Positions 56,151 through 64,000 of a stretch of 64,000 nt of DNA are shown here, piece after piece. The translations under genes and the position numbers were made by a program. The number at the start of each line of letters is the position of its first letter. The first letter of the stretch is position 1. Source of the DNA: an uncultured Solirubrobacterales bacterium (GTDB lineage Bacteria > Actinomycetota > Thermoleophilia > Solirubrobacterales > Solirubrobacteraceae); assembly GCA_963725925.1 (NCBI GenBank), contig CAVSAY010000016.1, positions 102,146 to 166,145 of the forward strand. Direction: 5' to 3'. The notes below the pieces were generated by a model. That model did not search any database, had not been told where the DNA came from, and saw only the letters and a program-made list of their open reading frames with translations.

Positions 56151-57779
56151 TCAATCGCAGCGCGGAGTCGTCGCTCTGATTCGCCCGAGCGAGAACCGCG
56201 TGACGAGCTGGAACGTCCCCGCTCGACGCAGCTGCAGCTCGGTGAAGCCGCCGTTGTCGATCACGCACCCGGGAAGCCCTGAGAGCGCCCAGTAGGGCGT
56301 GAAGCGCACGCGCAGTTTCACGGTGCCGGGGCGGGTCGCGCGTAGCGTCAGCGAGTTGGCCCCCAGCCGCCGGAGCGTGGCCGCGCCCTGGGCGATCGGA
56401 GTCGGGTGGTCGACCGCGTAGACGTGCCAGTGCGCGCTGTGGAACACGAGCCGCAGGTACGGGAGCCCGCGGTCGATCAGCGCCGTCTCCTCGTGGGCGG
56501 AGTAGTCCAGGTCCGCGTCGGACACCGCCACATAACGGACCGCCAGCTTGTGCAGCCACGTGTGGTACGTGGCCGCGGTCAGCGTGCCGTCGTAGAAGAG
56601 GCTGTTGTACTTGATGTCGAGCTGGCGTTCCCAGCCCCTCGCCAGGGGGAACCGCGGCGCCACCTCGTATGCCTCCCAGTGAAACCGCGTGAACGGGATC
56701 TCGACGCGGAACGGCGGCCCGTGCTGCGCTTCGAGGAACTTCAGCAGCGGCTGGTAGTACGAGATCTTCACGGAGGGGTCTCCGGCCGAGGTGCGCACGT
56801 CGCGAATCGGTGCCTGCCATTGGAAGTAGAGCAGCGGCAGCGCGACCACGGCCAGCCACGTCTTGTGGCGGGGGTACCAGACCAGGGCGACGATCGGCCC
56901 GGCCAACAGCGGCCCCAGCCGGGCAGCGTTACTGCCGACCGGGGTGGCGACCTCAAAGGCCACTATGCAGCCGAGCGCGTACAGCGCGACGCCGGCCAGC
57001 AGCGCCACGTGGCGTTTGGGGATCAGCACCAGCGCCACCACCGCGATCGCGGGGATCGGCGACAGCGTGGCCCATGTGAACGGCTCGGTACCACCCTCCG
57101 GGAACGCGAATGACAAGAGCGCCACCGGGGCGAGCGCGCCGATCACGACGAGCGCGCCGGGGATCGCGGCGCGCAGCCGGCGCTCGGAGGCAAATCGGCC
57201 GATCGAAACAGCGGCCGCCGCGAGCGCGGCAAACAGCGCCGCAACGGGACTCGCCAGCGCCGTGATCACCCCGAGCGTGACGGCCCACCCGGTCCGGCGC
57301 CGCGACAGCGCCAGCGTGCTGGCGATCGCCGGCAACAGGCCGAACGCGAACGTGAGGCGGCCGGTGAACAGGTTGGTCGCGGTGCCGGCGCCGAACCACA
57401 ACGCGCCGAGCCAGGCGTCCTCGCCGAACTGGTCGCGCGCCAACATCTCGAACAGCGCCGCGCTACCGCAGGCCGCGAGGCCGGCCGCGACCTGCGGCGT
57501 GAGCGCCGCGGCGATCGGCGGGAACAGGACGCTGTAGCCGGGAACGTGATGGCCTCCGTACCACCAGTTGTTCCAGATCCCGAAGCCCTCGCTCGAAAAC
57601 AGCTTCGCGCGGAGCAGGTGCGCCGCGAGGTCGAGGCTCGGGGGCGAGACCATCACGTAGGCGGCCGCGAACGCCGCCGCGACGAGCGTCGGGGCGACGC
57701 GACGCGGATCGATCCGGCCGCTGCCGCCGAGAAGCGGTCGGCGCTCGCGGACGGGGCGGTCGAGCAGCGTTGTGCTCAC
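56151..57779 (-). CDS. Polytopic membrane protein, possible GT-C glycosyltransferase
   Basis: GTG 57779 overlaps the upstream stop. DLAAH..R, WNNWWYGGHH and GRLTFAFG followed by about 10 TM helices and an extracellular domain (RGWERQLD). Confidence 0.6.
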   Translation of the reverse strand: MSTTLLDRPVRERRPLLGGSGRIDPRRVAPTLVAAAFAAAYVMVSPPSLDLAAHLLRAKLFSSEGFGIWNNWWYGGHHVPGYSVLFPPIAAALTPQVAAGLAACGSAALFEMLARDQFGEDAWLGALWFGAGTATNLFTGRLTFAFGLLPAIASTLALSRRRTGWAVTLGVITALASPVAALFAALAAAAVSIGRFASERRLRAAIPGALVVIGALAPVALLSFAFPEGGTEPFTWATLSPIPAIAVVALVLIPKRHVALLAGVALYALGCIVAFEVATPVGSNAARLGPLLAGPIVALVWYPRHKTWLAVVALPLLYFQWQAPIRDVRTSAGDPSVKISYYQPLLKFLEAQHGPPFRVEIPFTRFHWEAYEVAPRFPLARGWERQLDIKYNSLFYDGTLTAATYHTWLHKLAVRYVAVSDADLDYSAHEETALIDRGLPYLRLVFHSAHWHVYAVDHPTPIAQGAATLRRLGANSLTLRATRPGTVKLRVRFTPYWALSGLPGCVIDNGGFTELQLRRAGTFQLVTRFSLGRIRATTPRCD

Positions 57780-58597
57780 GCGGCGTCCTGGAGGAACGAA
57801 GCCACCCGGTCGACGACGTCGGGGCTGTCGAGCCACGGCCAATGACCGGCGTGCTGCACGTGGTCGACGGTCGCGTGGGGCAGGACCGCGGCATACGTCT
57901 CGCCGACTGCGGCCGGCAGCCACGGATCCGCGTCGCCCCAGACGATCAGCGCCGGGGCCTGGAGGCGATCGAGCGCCGCGCCGGTGCGCACGAGCTCGGT
58001 TTCGCCGGCCGACCGGTACAGGCGCAGGATCGCGCGCTGGGTGCCCTGGTCGAACTGCTTCCAGATCGAGGCGATCCGCGCGTCCGGCCAGGCGTCTGGG
58101 TCCGCGGTGCCGCTACGCAGGGTGCGTGCGAGCACGCCGCGAGTCGTCGCGCCCATCACGAGCTCGCCGATCCAGGGGCGGACCCACAGGCGGGCAAGTC
58201 GGTGCCAGCGAACGTCCGGAGCGGGAAACAGCGGCACGCCGTTGATCAGCACGATCCGTTCGATTCGCTCCGGGTTGCGCTGCGCGAACGCGAGTCCCAC
58301 GGCCGCGCCCCAATCGTGGACGACCAGCTTGACGCGATCGATCCCGAGGTGCTCGAGCAGCCGCTCGAGGAAGTCCGTCAGGCCTCCGATCGTGTAGTCC
58401 AAGTTGCCGCCCTTTCCCGACCTTCCAAAGCCGATCAGGTCGGGAGCGATCCCGCCGCTGCGCTCGAGGAATGAGATCCAGTCATCTGAACTGGTCGGCA
58501 CGCCGTGCACGTACAGCGCAGGGACGCCTGGCGCGGGTGCTGTGCGATAGAAGGCGGGCGAACCGGCGAGTTCAATCGTATGCTCGTCGACGCTCAA
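57776..58597 (-). CDS. Alpha/beta hydrolase
   Basis: HGVPTSS, APDLIGFGRS, VVHDWGA, WGDADPW, AGHWPW. Confidence 0.9.
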   Translation of the reverse strand: MSVDEHTIELAGSPAFYRTAPAPGVPALYVHGVPTSSDDWISFLERSGGIAPDLIGFGRSGKGGNLDYTIGGLTDFLERLLEHLGIDRVKLVVHDWGAAVGLAFAQRNPERIERIVLINGVPLFPAPDVRWHRLARLWVRPWIGELVMGATTRGVLARTLRSGTADPDAWPDARIASIWKQFDQGTQRAILRLYRSAGETELVRTGAALDRLQAPALIVWGDADPWLPAAVGETYAAVLPHATVDHVQHAGHWPWLDSPDVVDRVASFLQDAA

Positions 58598-58624
58598 CCC
58601 CGGCCGAGGATAACGTCCTCGCTC

Positions 58625-59392
58625 TTGAGCGCGACGAAGCAGAGCGGGACGCGGTCCGGCGAGTCCGGCGAGTGGAGGAAGCCCCCGCCGCGCCGCGTGC
58701 GCGCGATTCGTGACCGGCTGCGACTCGTCTACGGGATCCCTCAGGCCAAGCCGCACGGCCATCCGATCGCCGAGCTGATCCTCACCGTGCTGTCGCAGTC
58801 GACCAACGACCGCAACCGCGACGTCGCCTACCTGGCGCTGCGCGAGCGCTTCCCCGGGGACACCTGGGTTCGCGTTCGCGACGCTCCCGTGGACGAGATC
58901 GAGGAGGCGATCCGCCCCGGCGGGATCTCGAAGGTCAAGTCCGCGCGGATCAAGTCGATCCTGCGCGCGATCAGCGACACCGCGCCCGGCGGTGAGCTGT
59001 CGCTCGACTGGCTTGACGATCTGACCGTGCCCGAAGCGCAGGAGTACCTCACCTCGCTGCCGGGCGTCGGGCGCAAGACCGCCGCCTGCGTGCTGCTGTT
59101 CGCGCTGGGCATGCGCGACGTGCCGGTCGATACGCACGTGTCGCGGGTCGGCACCCGGCTGGGCCTGTTCCGGCCCAAGGCGCCGTTCGAGGAGCTGCAC
59201 GACACCATGCTCGAGATCACGCCGCCCGACGAGGAGCTCGAGTTTCACATGAACCTGCTGCGGCACGGCCGGCGGACGTGTCACGCGCGGCGGCCGAACT
59301 GCTGGGAGTGCGCGCTGCAGCGGATGTGCCCGAGCGCGGCGGAGTTCATGGCGGCGGGGCGCCCTGAGGGTCGAACGTCAAAGACCCATTGA
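58625..59392 (+). CDS. nth: Endonuclease III family DNA glycosylase
   Basis: LSQSTND, HhH LPGVGRKTAACV, PVDTHV, 4Fe-4S CHARRPNCWECALQRMC; start TTG 58625 inferred. Confidence 0.88.
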   Translation: MSATKQSGTRSGESGEWRKPPPRRVRAIRDRLRLVYGIPQAKPHGHPIAELILTVLSQSTNDRNRDVAYLALRERFPGDTWVRVRDAPVDEIEEAIRPGGISKVKSARIKSILRAISDTAPGGELSLDWLDDLTVPEAQEYLTSLPGVGRKTAACVLLFALGMRDVPVDTHVSRVGTRLGLFRPKAPFEELHDTMLEITPPDEELEFHMNLLRHGRRTCHARRPNCWECALQRMCPSAAEFMAAGRPEGRTSKTH

Positions 59393-59626
59393 AGGGCGAG
59401 ATGCGGGCGGGTTCAGGCCCGTAAAAGGGGTGCATAACGCGACAATCGCGACGATTCGGGCGAAGTGTGTCGTGAAACGCGCCCCATAGGGTGCACAGCA
59501 CGACAGGCCTCGGCTCGGAGCGACGCGTTGTCGTGTTATGCACCCTCGAGAGGCCTCCCGGGCTCAGGGACCTCGTCCGGTCGCCGTAACCCCTCATCCT
59601 CTCCCTCAATGGGTCGTTGACGTTCG
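59372..59626. repeat. Dispersed nested-palindrome element, copy 3
   Basis: CGAACGTCAAAGACCCATTGAAGGG ... CCCTCAATGGGTCGTTGACGTTCG; inner GGGTGCATAACGCGACAA / TTGTCGTGTTATGCACCC. Confidence 0.87.
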
Positions 59627-59714
59627 GCCTCGACACCCCCGAGCCCGGGCCGCGAAGTCAAATCTGCTACGCTCCCGCTTAGATTTTTACGACTACTTAG
59701 GAGTAGAAAGACAG

Positions 59715-61634
59715 ATGGGAAAGACGATCGGAATCGACCTCGGAACAACGAACTCGTGCATGGCTGTGCTCGAGGGCGGCGAGCCGACGGTCATCGAGAA
59801 CGCCGAGGGCGGCCGTACGACGCCGTCGGTCGTCGCGTTCACCCAGTCGGGTGAGCGACTGGTCGGCACCGTGGCCAAGCGCCAGGCTGTCACCAACCCG
59901 CAGAACACGGTCTTCTCGATCAAGCGCTTCATGGGCCGCAAGGAGGCCGAGGTGCGCGAAGAGGAGTCGATCGTGCCGTACAAGGTCGTCTCCGGACCCG
60001 GTGGCGACGCTCGCGTTGAGGCCGGTGGCAAGCAGTACTCGCCGCCCGAGATCAGCGCGATGATCCTTCAGAAGCTGAAGACCGACGCCGAGTCCTACCT
60101 GGGCGAGAGCGTCGACAGCGCGGTGATCACCGTCCCCGCGTACTTCAACGACGACCAGCGCCAGGCGACCAAGGACGCAGGCAAGATCGCCGGCCTTGAC
60201 GTCAAGCGCATCATCAACGAGCCGACCGCCGCGTCGCTCGCCTACGGCCTGGACAAGGAGTCCGACCAGACGATCCTCGTGTTCGACCTCGGTGGCGGCA
60301 CCTTCGACGTGTCCGTGCTCGAGATCGGCGACGGCGTGTTCGAGGTCAAGGCAACCGCCGGTGACAACCACCTCGGCGGCGACAACTTCGACAAGGCGAT
60401 CGTCGACTGGCTCGTTTCGGAGTTCAAGAAGTCTCAGGGAATCGACCTGAGCGCCGACCCGATGGCGCTGCAGCGTCTCTACGAGGCGGCCGAGAAGGCC
60501 AAGATCGAGCTCTCCACCACGCAGGAGACGCAGATCAACCTGCCGTTCATCACGGCCGACTCCAGCGGCCCCAAGCACCTCGACATGCGACTGACGCGCG
60601 CGAAGCTCAACGAGCTCACGAGCTCGCTGCTCGACCGCACCATCGCCCCGGTGCGCCAGGCGCTCGACGACGCCAAGGACAAGGGCGCCGCGAACATCGA
60701 CCACGTCGTGCTCGTCGGCGGTATGACCCGCATGCCCGCGGTCCAGGAGAAGGTCAAGGAGCTCACCGGCAAGGAGCCGCACCGCGGCGTCAACCCGGAT
60801 GAGGTCGTGGCCGTCGGCGCCGCCATCCAGGCAGGAGTCCTGGCCGGCGACGTCAAGGACGTGCTGCTGCTGGACGTCACCCCGCTGACGCTCGGAATCG
60901 AGACCAAGGGCGGCGTGATGACCAAGCTGATCGAGCGCAACACCACGATCCCGACCCGCAAGGGCGAGGTCTTCTCGACGGCCGAGGACAACCAGCCGTC
61001 GGTCGAGATCCACGTGCTCCAGGGCGAGCGCGAGATGGCCACCTACAACAAGTCGCTGGGCAAGTTCCAGCTGACGGGCATCCCGCCCGCGCCGCGCGGC
61101 ATCCCGCAGATCGAGGTCGCGTTCGACATCGACGCCAACGGGATCCTGAACGTGTCGGCCAAGGACCTGGGCACCGGCAAGGAGCAGAAGATCGAGATCC
61201 GGTCCGGCTCCGGCCTCTCGGACGACGAGATCAAGCGGATGGTGACCGACGCCGAGTCACACGCCGAGGACGACCGCCGCCTGCGTGAGCTGGCGGAGGC
61301 GCGCAACAACGGCGAGAACGCCGCCTACCAGGCCGAGCGCCAGCTCAAGGACCTGGGCGAGCAGGTCGACGCGAGCTCCAAGGACGAGATCGAGGCAGCG
61401 ATCAAGGAGGTCCGCGAGTCGCTGACCAGTGACGACGCCGCCGCGATCAACGCCAAGACCGAGACGCTGCAGTCGGCGTTCCACAAGGTCTCCGAGGCGA
61501 TGTACCAGCGCGCCCAGGAGCAGGCGGCGTCATCCGCCGGCGCAGAGGACGGCGCCGATGGCGCCGGCGCGTCGACCAACGGCGCGGGCGCTGAGGACGT
61601 CGTCGACGCCGAGGTCGTGGACGAGGGCAAGTAA
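59715..61634 (+). CDS. dnaK: Chaperone DnaK
   Basis: [39 protein letters not shown]. Confidence 0.99.
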   Translation: MGKTIGIDLGTTNSCMAVLEGGEPTVIENAEGGRTTPSVVAFTQSGERLVGTVAKRQAVTNPQNTVFSIKRFMGRKEAEVREEESIVPYKVVSGPGGDARVEAGGKQYSPPEISAMILQKLKTDAESYLGESVDSAVITVPAYFNDDQRQATKDAGKIAGLDVKRIINEPTAASLAYGLDKESDQTILVFDLGGGTFDVSVLEIGDGVFEVKATAGDNHLGGDNFDKAIVDWLVSEFKKSQGIDLSADPMALQRLYEAAEKAKIELSTTQETQINLPFITADSSGPKHLDMRLTRAKLNELTSSLLDRTIAPVRQALDDAKDKGAANIDHVVLVGGMTRMPAVQEKVKELTGKEPHRGVNPDEVVAVGAAIQAGVLAGDVKDVLLLDVTPLTLGIETKGGVMTKLIERNTTIPTRKGEVFSTAEDNQPSVEIHVLQGEREMATYNKSLGKFQLTGIPPAPRGIPQIEVAFDIDANGILNVSAKDLGTGKEQKIEIRSGSGLSDDEIKRMVTDAESHAEDDRRLRELAEARNNGENAAYQAERQLKDLGEQVDASSKDEIEAAIKEVRESLTSDDAAAINAKTETLQSAFHKVSEAMYQRAQEQAASSAGAEDGADGAGASTNGAGAEDVVDAEVVDEGK

Positions 61635-61637
61635 GCC

Positions 61638-62306
61638 ATGGTCCCCAACCCAAAGCACGCTCCGGAGTTTGCGCCGGGCGAGCCTGAGGCGCCGGTTTCG
61701 GCTCCGCAGGGCTCGCCCCGGCAGGGCGCGCCCGATGGCGGTCCGGGCAATCCGGTCGTGCCCGAGCCGCAGCCGGCGCCCGCCGACTCCGAGCCCGACA
61801 AGCTGGAGGCGACCGCCGAGGCGACGCCCGAGGACGCGCTGGAGCGCGACGTCGAGCAGATCTACGAGAAGGCCAAGAAGGCCGACGAGTACCTCGCGCT
61901 GGCGCAGCGCACCAAGGCCGACTTCGAGAACTACCGCAAGCGCGCGGCACGCGAGACCGCGGCCGCGCAGGATCGCGGGGTCGCCAAGCTCGCCAAGGAG
62001 CTGCTGCCCGCCGTCGACAACCTCGACCGCGCGCTGGAGGTCGCCCAGCACGATGGCGACAACGGCGCCTCGACGCTCGTGTCGGGAATCAAGCTGGTTC
62101 ACGCGGACGTGATCGCCGCGCTGTCGCGCCTGGGGATCGAGCGCTTTGAGCCAAAGGGCGAGCAGTTCGACCCACAGCGCCACGAGGCGATCGCGCAACA
62201 GCCGGTCGAGGGCGCGCAGCCGGGGACGATCGTCGAGGTCTACCAGCGCGGATACCGGCTCGGTGACTTCGTGATCCGTCCCGCTCGGGTCGTCGTCGCT
62301 GCCTGA
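61638..62306 (+). CDS. grpE: Nucleotide exchange factor GrpE
   Basis: ADFENYRKR, LLPAVDNL, FDPQRHEA, QRGY..IRPARVVV. Confidence 0.97.
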   Translation: MVPNPKHAPEFAPGEPEAPVSAPQGSPRQGAPDGGPGNPVVPEPQPAPADSEPDKLEATAEATPEDALERDVEQIYEKAKKADEYLALAQRTKADFENYRKRAARETAAAQDRGVAKLAKELLPAVDNLDRALEVAQHDGDNGASTLVSGIKLVHADVIAALSRLGIERFEPKGEQFDPQRHEAIAQQPVEGAQPGTIVEVYQRGYRLGDFVIRPARVVVAA

Positions 62307-62321
62307 TAGGAGAACGACATC

Positions 62322-63467
62322 GTGGCGTCGCGTCCCGACTACTACAAGACCCTCGGAGTAGGCAAGAATGCCTCCGACGAGGAGATCAAGAAGGCCTATC
62401 GCAAGCTCGCGCGCCAGTACCACCCGGACCGCAACCCCGGTGACAAGAAGGCCGAGGAGCGCTTCAAGGAGATCTCGCAGGCGCACGACGTGTTGTCGGA
62501 TGCCGACAAGCGCAAGGCCTACGACCGGGGGACCGGCCCGTTCGGGTTCGCAACCGGAGGCGGTGGCGGCTTCGATCCGGGCGCGTTCGGGGGCAGCTTC
62601 TCCGACATCCTCTCGAACCTGTTCGGCAGCGGCGGGGCCCAGCGCGGCCCCGGCGGACGCCAGGGCGACGTGCGCGCAGGACGCGCCGCGCCGCGCGGCC
62701 GTGACCTCGAGACCGAGGTGTCGCTGAGCTTCGACCAGGCGGTCAACGGCTCGCAGGTACCGCTTGCGGTGCCGACCTCGAAGGCATGTCCGACCTGTCA
62801 CGGCACGGGCGCCAAGCCCGGCACGACTCCGAAGGTGTGTCCGGTGTGCGACGGCCGCGGCGTCGAGGCGCAGAGCCAGGGGATCTTCTCGATCTCGCAG
62901 CCGTGCTCCAACTGCGGCGGCTCCGGAACCGTGATCGAGGACCCGTGCCCGACGTGCAGCGGCTCGGGTGCGCAGCGCAGCGTGCGCCGACTGCGGGTCA
63001 ACATTCCGGCGGGCGTCCACGACGGCAGCCGTGTGCGACTGGCCGGCAAGGGCGAGGCGGGGCTTCGCGGATCCCAGCCGGGAGACCTGTACGTGATCAC
63101 GCGCGTGTCGGACTCCCCGGTGTTCAAGTGGGCGGGCGACAACCTCGAGGTCGAGGTCCCGCTGTCGATCCCCGAGGCCGTGCAGGGAGCCGTGGTCGAG
63201 GTCCCGACGCTGAACGGCTCAAAGCGCCTGCGCGTGGCGCCCGGCACCAAGCACGGGACCGTGCAGCGGCTGCGCGGCGAAGGGCCGCCCAGGCTCGGCG
63301 GCAAGGGGCGGGGCGACATTCACTACCGCTTCCTGATCGACGTGCCGGCAAAGCTGACGCCCGAGCAGCAGGAGGCGGTGGACAGGCTTTCGAAGGTGAT
63401 GAACGGCGATCCGCGCGCGAAGCTGTTCGAGGACGCGGGCGACGCGAAGGCAAGAAAGGAAGCTTGA
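62322..63467 (+). CDS. dnaJ: Chaperone DnaJ
   Basis: J domain with HPD, G/F region, four CxxCxGxG repeats, C-terminal domain. Confidence 0.98.
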   Translation: MASRPDYYKTLGVGKNASDEEIKKAYRKLARQYHPDRNPGDKKAEERFKEISQAHDVLSDADKRKAYDRGTGPFGFATGGGGGFDPGAFGGSFSDILSNLFGSGGAQRGPGGRQGDVRAGRAAPRGRDLETEVSLSFDQAVNGSQVPLAVPTSKACPTCHGTGAKPGTTPKVCPVCDGRGVEAQSQGIFSISQPCSNCGGSGTVIEDPCPTCSGSGAQRSVRRLRVNIPAGVHDGSRVRLAGKGEAGLRGSQPGDLYVITRVSDSPVFKWAGDNLEVEVPLSIPEAVQGAVVEVPTLNGSKRLRVAPGTKHGTVQRLRGEGPPRLGGKGRGDIHYRFLIDVPAKLTPEQQEAVDRLSKVMNGDPRAKLFEDAGDAKARKEA

Positions 63468-63468
63468 G

Positions 63469-63933
63469 ATGGCGATGCGACGAACCACCCGGACGACGGT
63501 GCAGGTGTCCTCCGACCGCGGCGTGTTCATGATCTCGGTCGCCGCGGAGCTCGCTGACATGCATCCACAGACGCTGCGGATGTACGAGGCGCGTGGGCTG
63601 ATCGAGCCCCAGCGCTCGCCGAAGGGCACGCGGCTGTACTCCCACCAGGACGTGGACCGGCTCCGGCGCATCCAGGAGATGACGGCCGAGCTGGGCATGA
63701 ACCTGGCCGGAGTGGAGCGCGTGTTCGAGCTCGAGGAGCAGCTCGACCTGATGTCGCGCAAGGTCAGGGCGCTCGAGAAGCGCGCGGCAGAGCTCAAGGC
63801 CGAGGTCGAGCGGCTGGAGTCGCTGCGCCGCGAGCTCCGCGCCGAGGTCGTGCCGTATGTGAAGGGCGGCGAGATCGTCCGAACGGCCGACATGAAGAGC
63901 TTCAAGATCCAGGTCGACCGACCCGGCTCCTAG
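63469..63933 (+). CDS. hspR: MerR-family heat-shock repressor HspR
   Basis: [35 protein letters not shown]; last gene of the dnaK operon. Confidence 0.93.
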   Translation: MAMRRTTRTTVQVSSDRGVFMISVAAELADMHPQTLRMYEARGLIEPQRSPKGTRLYSHQDVDRLRRIQEMTAELGMNLAGVERVFELEEQLDLMSRKVRALEKRAAELKAEVERLESLRRELRAEVVPYVKGGEIVRTADMKSFKIQVDRPGS

Positions 63934-64000
63934 GTACTGCCGTTGCGCGATCGGTCGCGCGCGGGCCGGCAATAGAAGCTCGCAGCCCTCGAACTTGTGC

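Noticed and set aside
59697-61013. 438-aa antisense ORF opposite dnaK
   Set aside because: Well-known shadow ORF on the strand opposite hsp70/dnaK genes, produced by codon bias; the sense gene is unambiguous.

Overview
High-GC (roughly 70% by eye) actinobacterial chromosome segment. Gene content and protein style suggest class Thermoleophilia / Solirubrobacterales; this is inference and no search was run. It is mostly housekeeping and cell-envelope genes. In order: ddl (partial), Ser/Thr kinase, uppP-dedA, a long surface-glycan locus (DegT aminotransferase, DUF354, arylsulfotransferase, sulfatase, CapD-like dehydratase, LytR_C, ComA, phosphatase, flippase, glycosyltransferases), an sqdB-epimerase-GT2-GtrA module, an orphan DNA methyltransferase, pcm, lpdA, TPP-riboswitch thiOSG with divergent thiE, argF, rlmD, a large repeat-containing surface protein, an inositol-lipid cluster (ino1, CDP-alcohol phosphotransferase, PAP2, GT4-PHP), nth and dnaK-grpE-dnaJ-hspR. 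No rRNA, tRNA, CRISPR, transposase or prophage was recognised. Three signals stand out. (1) A dispersed ~200-255 bp nested-palindrome element occurs in three diverged copies with conserved termini and covarying stems. (2) Several sulfonate/sulfate genes sit in envelope-glycan contexts: SqdB with a DPM-like GT2 and GtrA, ComA plus a phosphatase, and an arylsulfotransferase plus a sulfatase. (3) An inositol-lipid cluster carries a degenerate GT4 fused to a PHP domain. At least ten apparent small indels break otherwise intact genes, so assembly error is likely and frameshift- or fusion-based claims need read-level checking.
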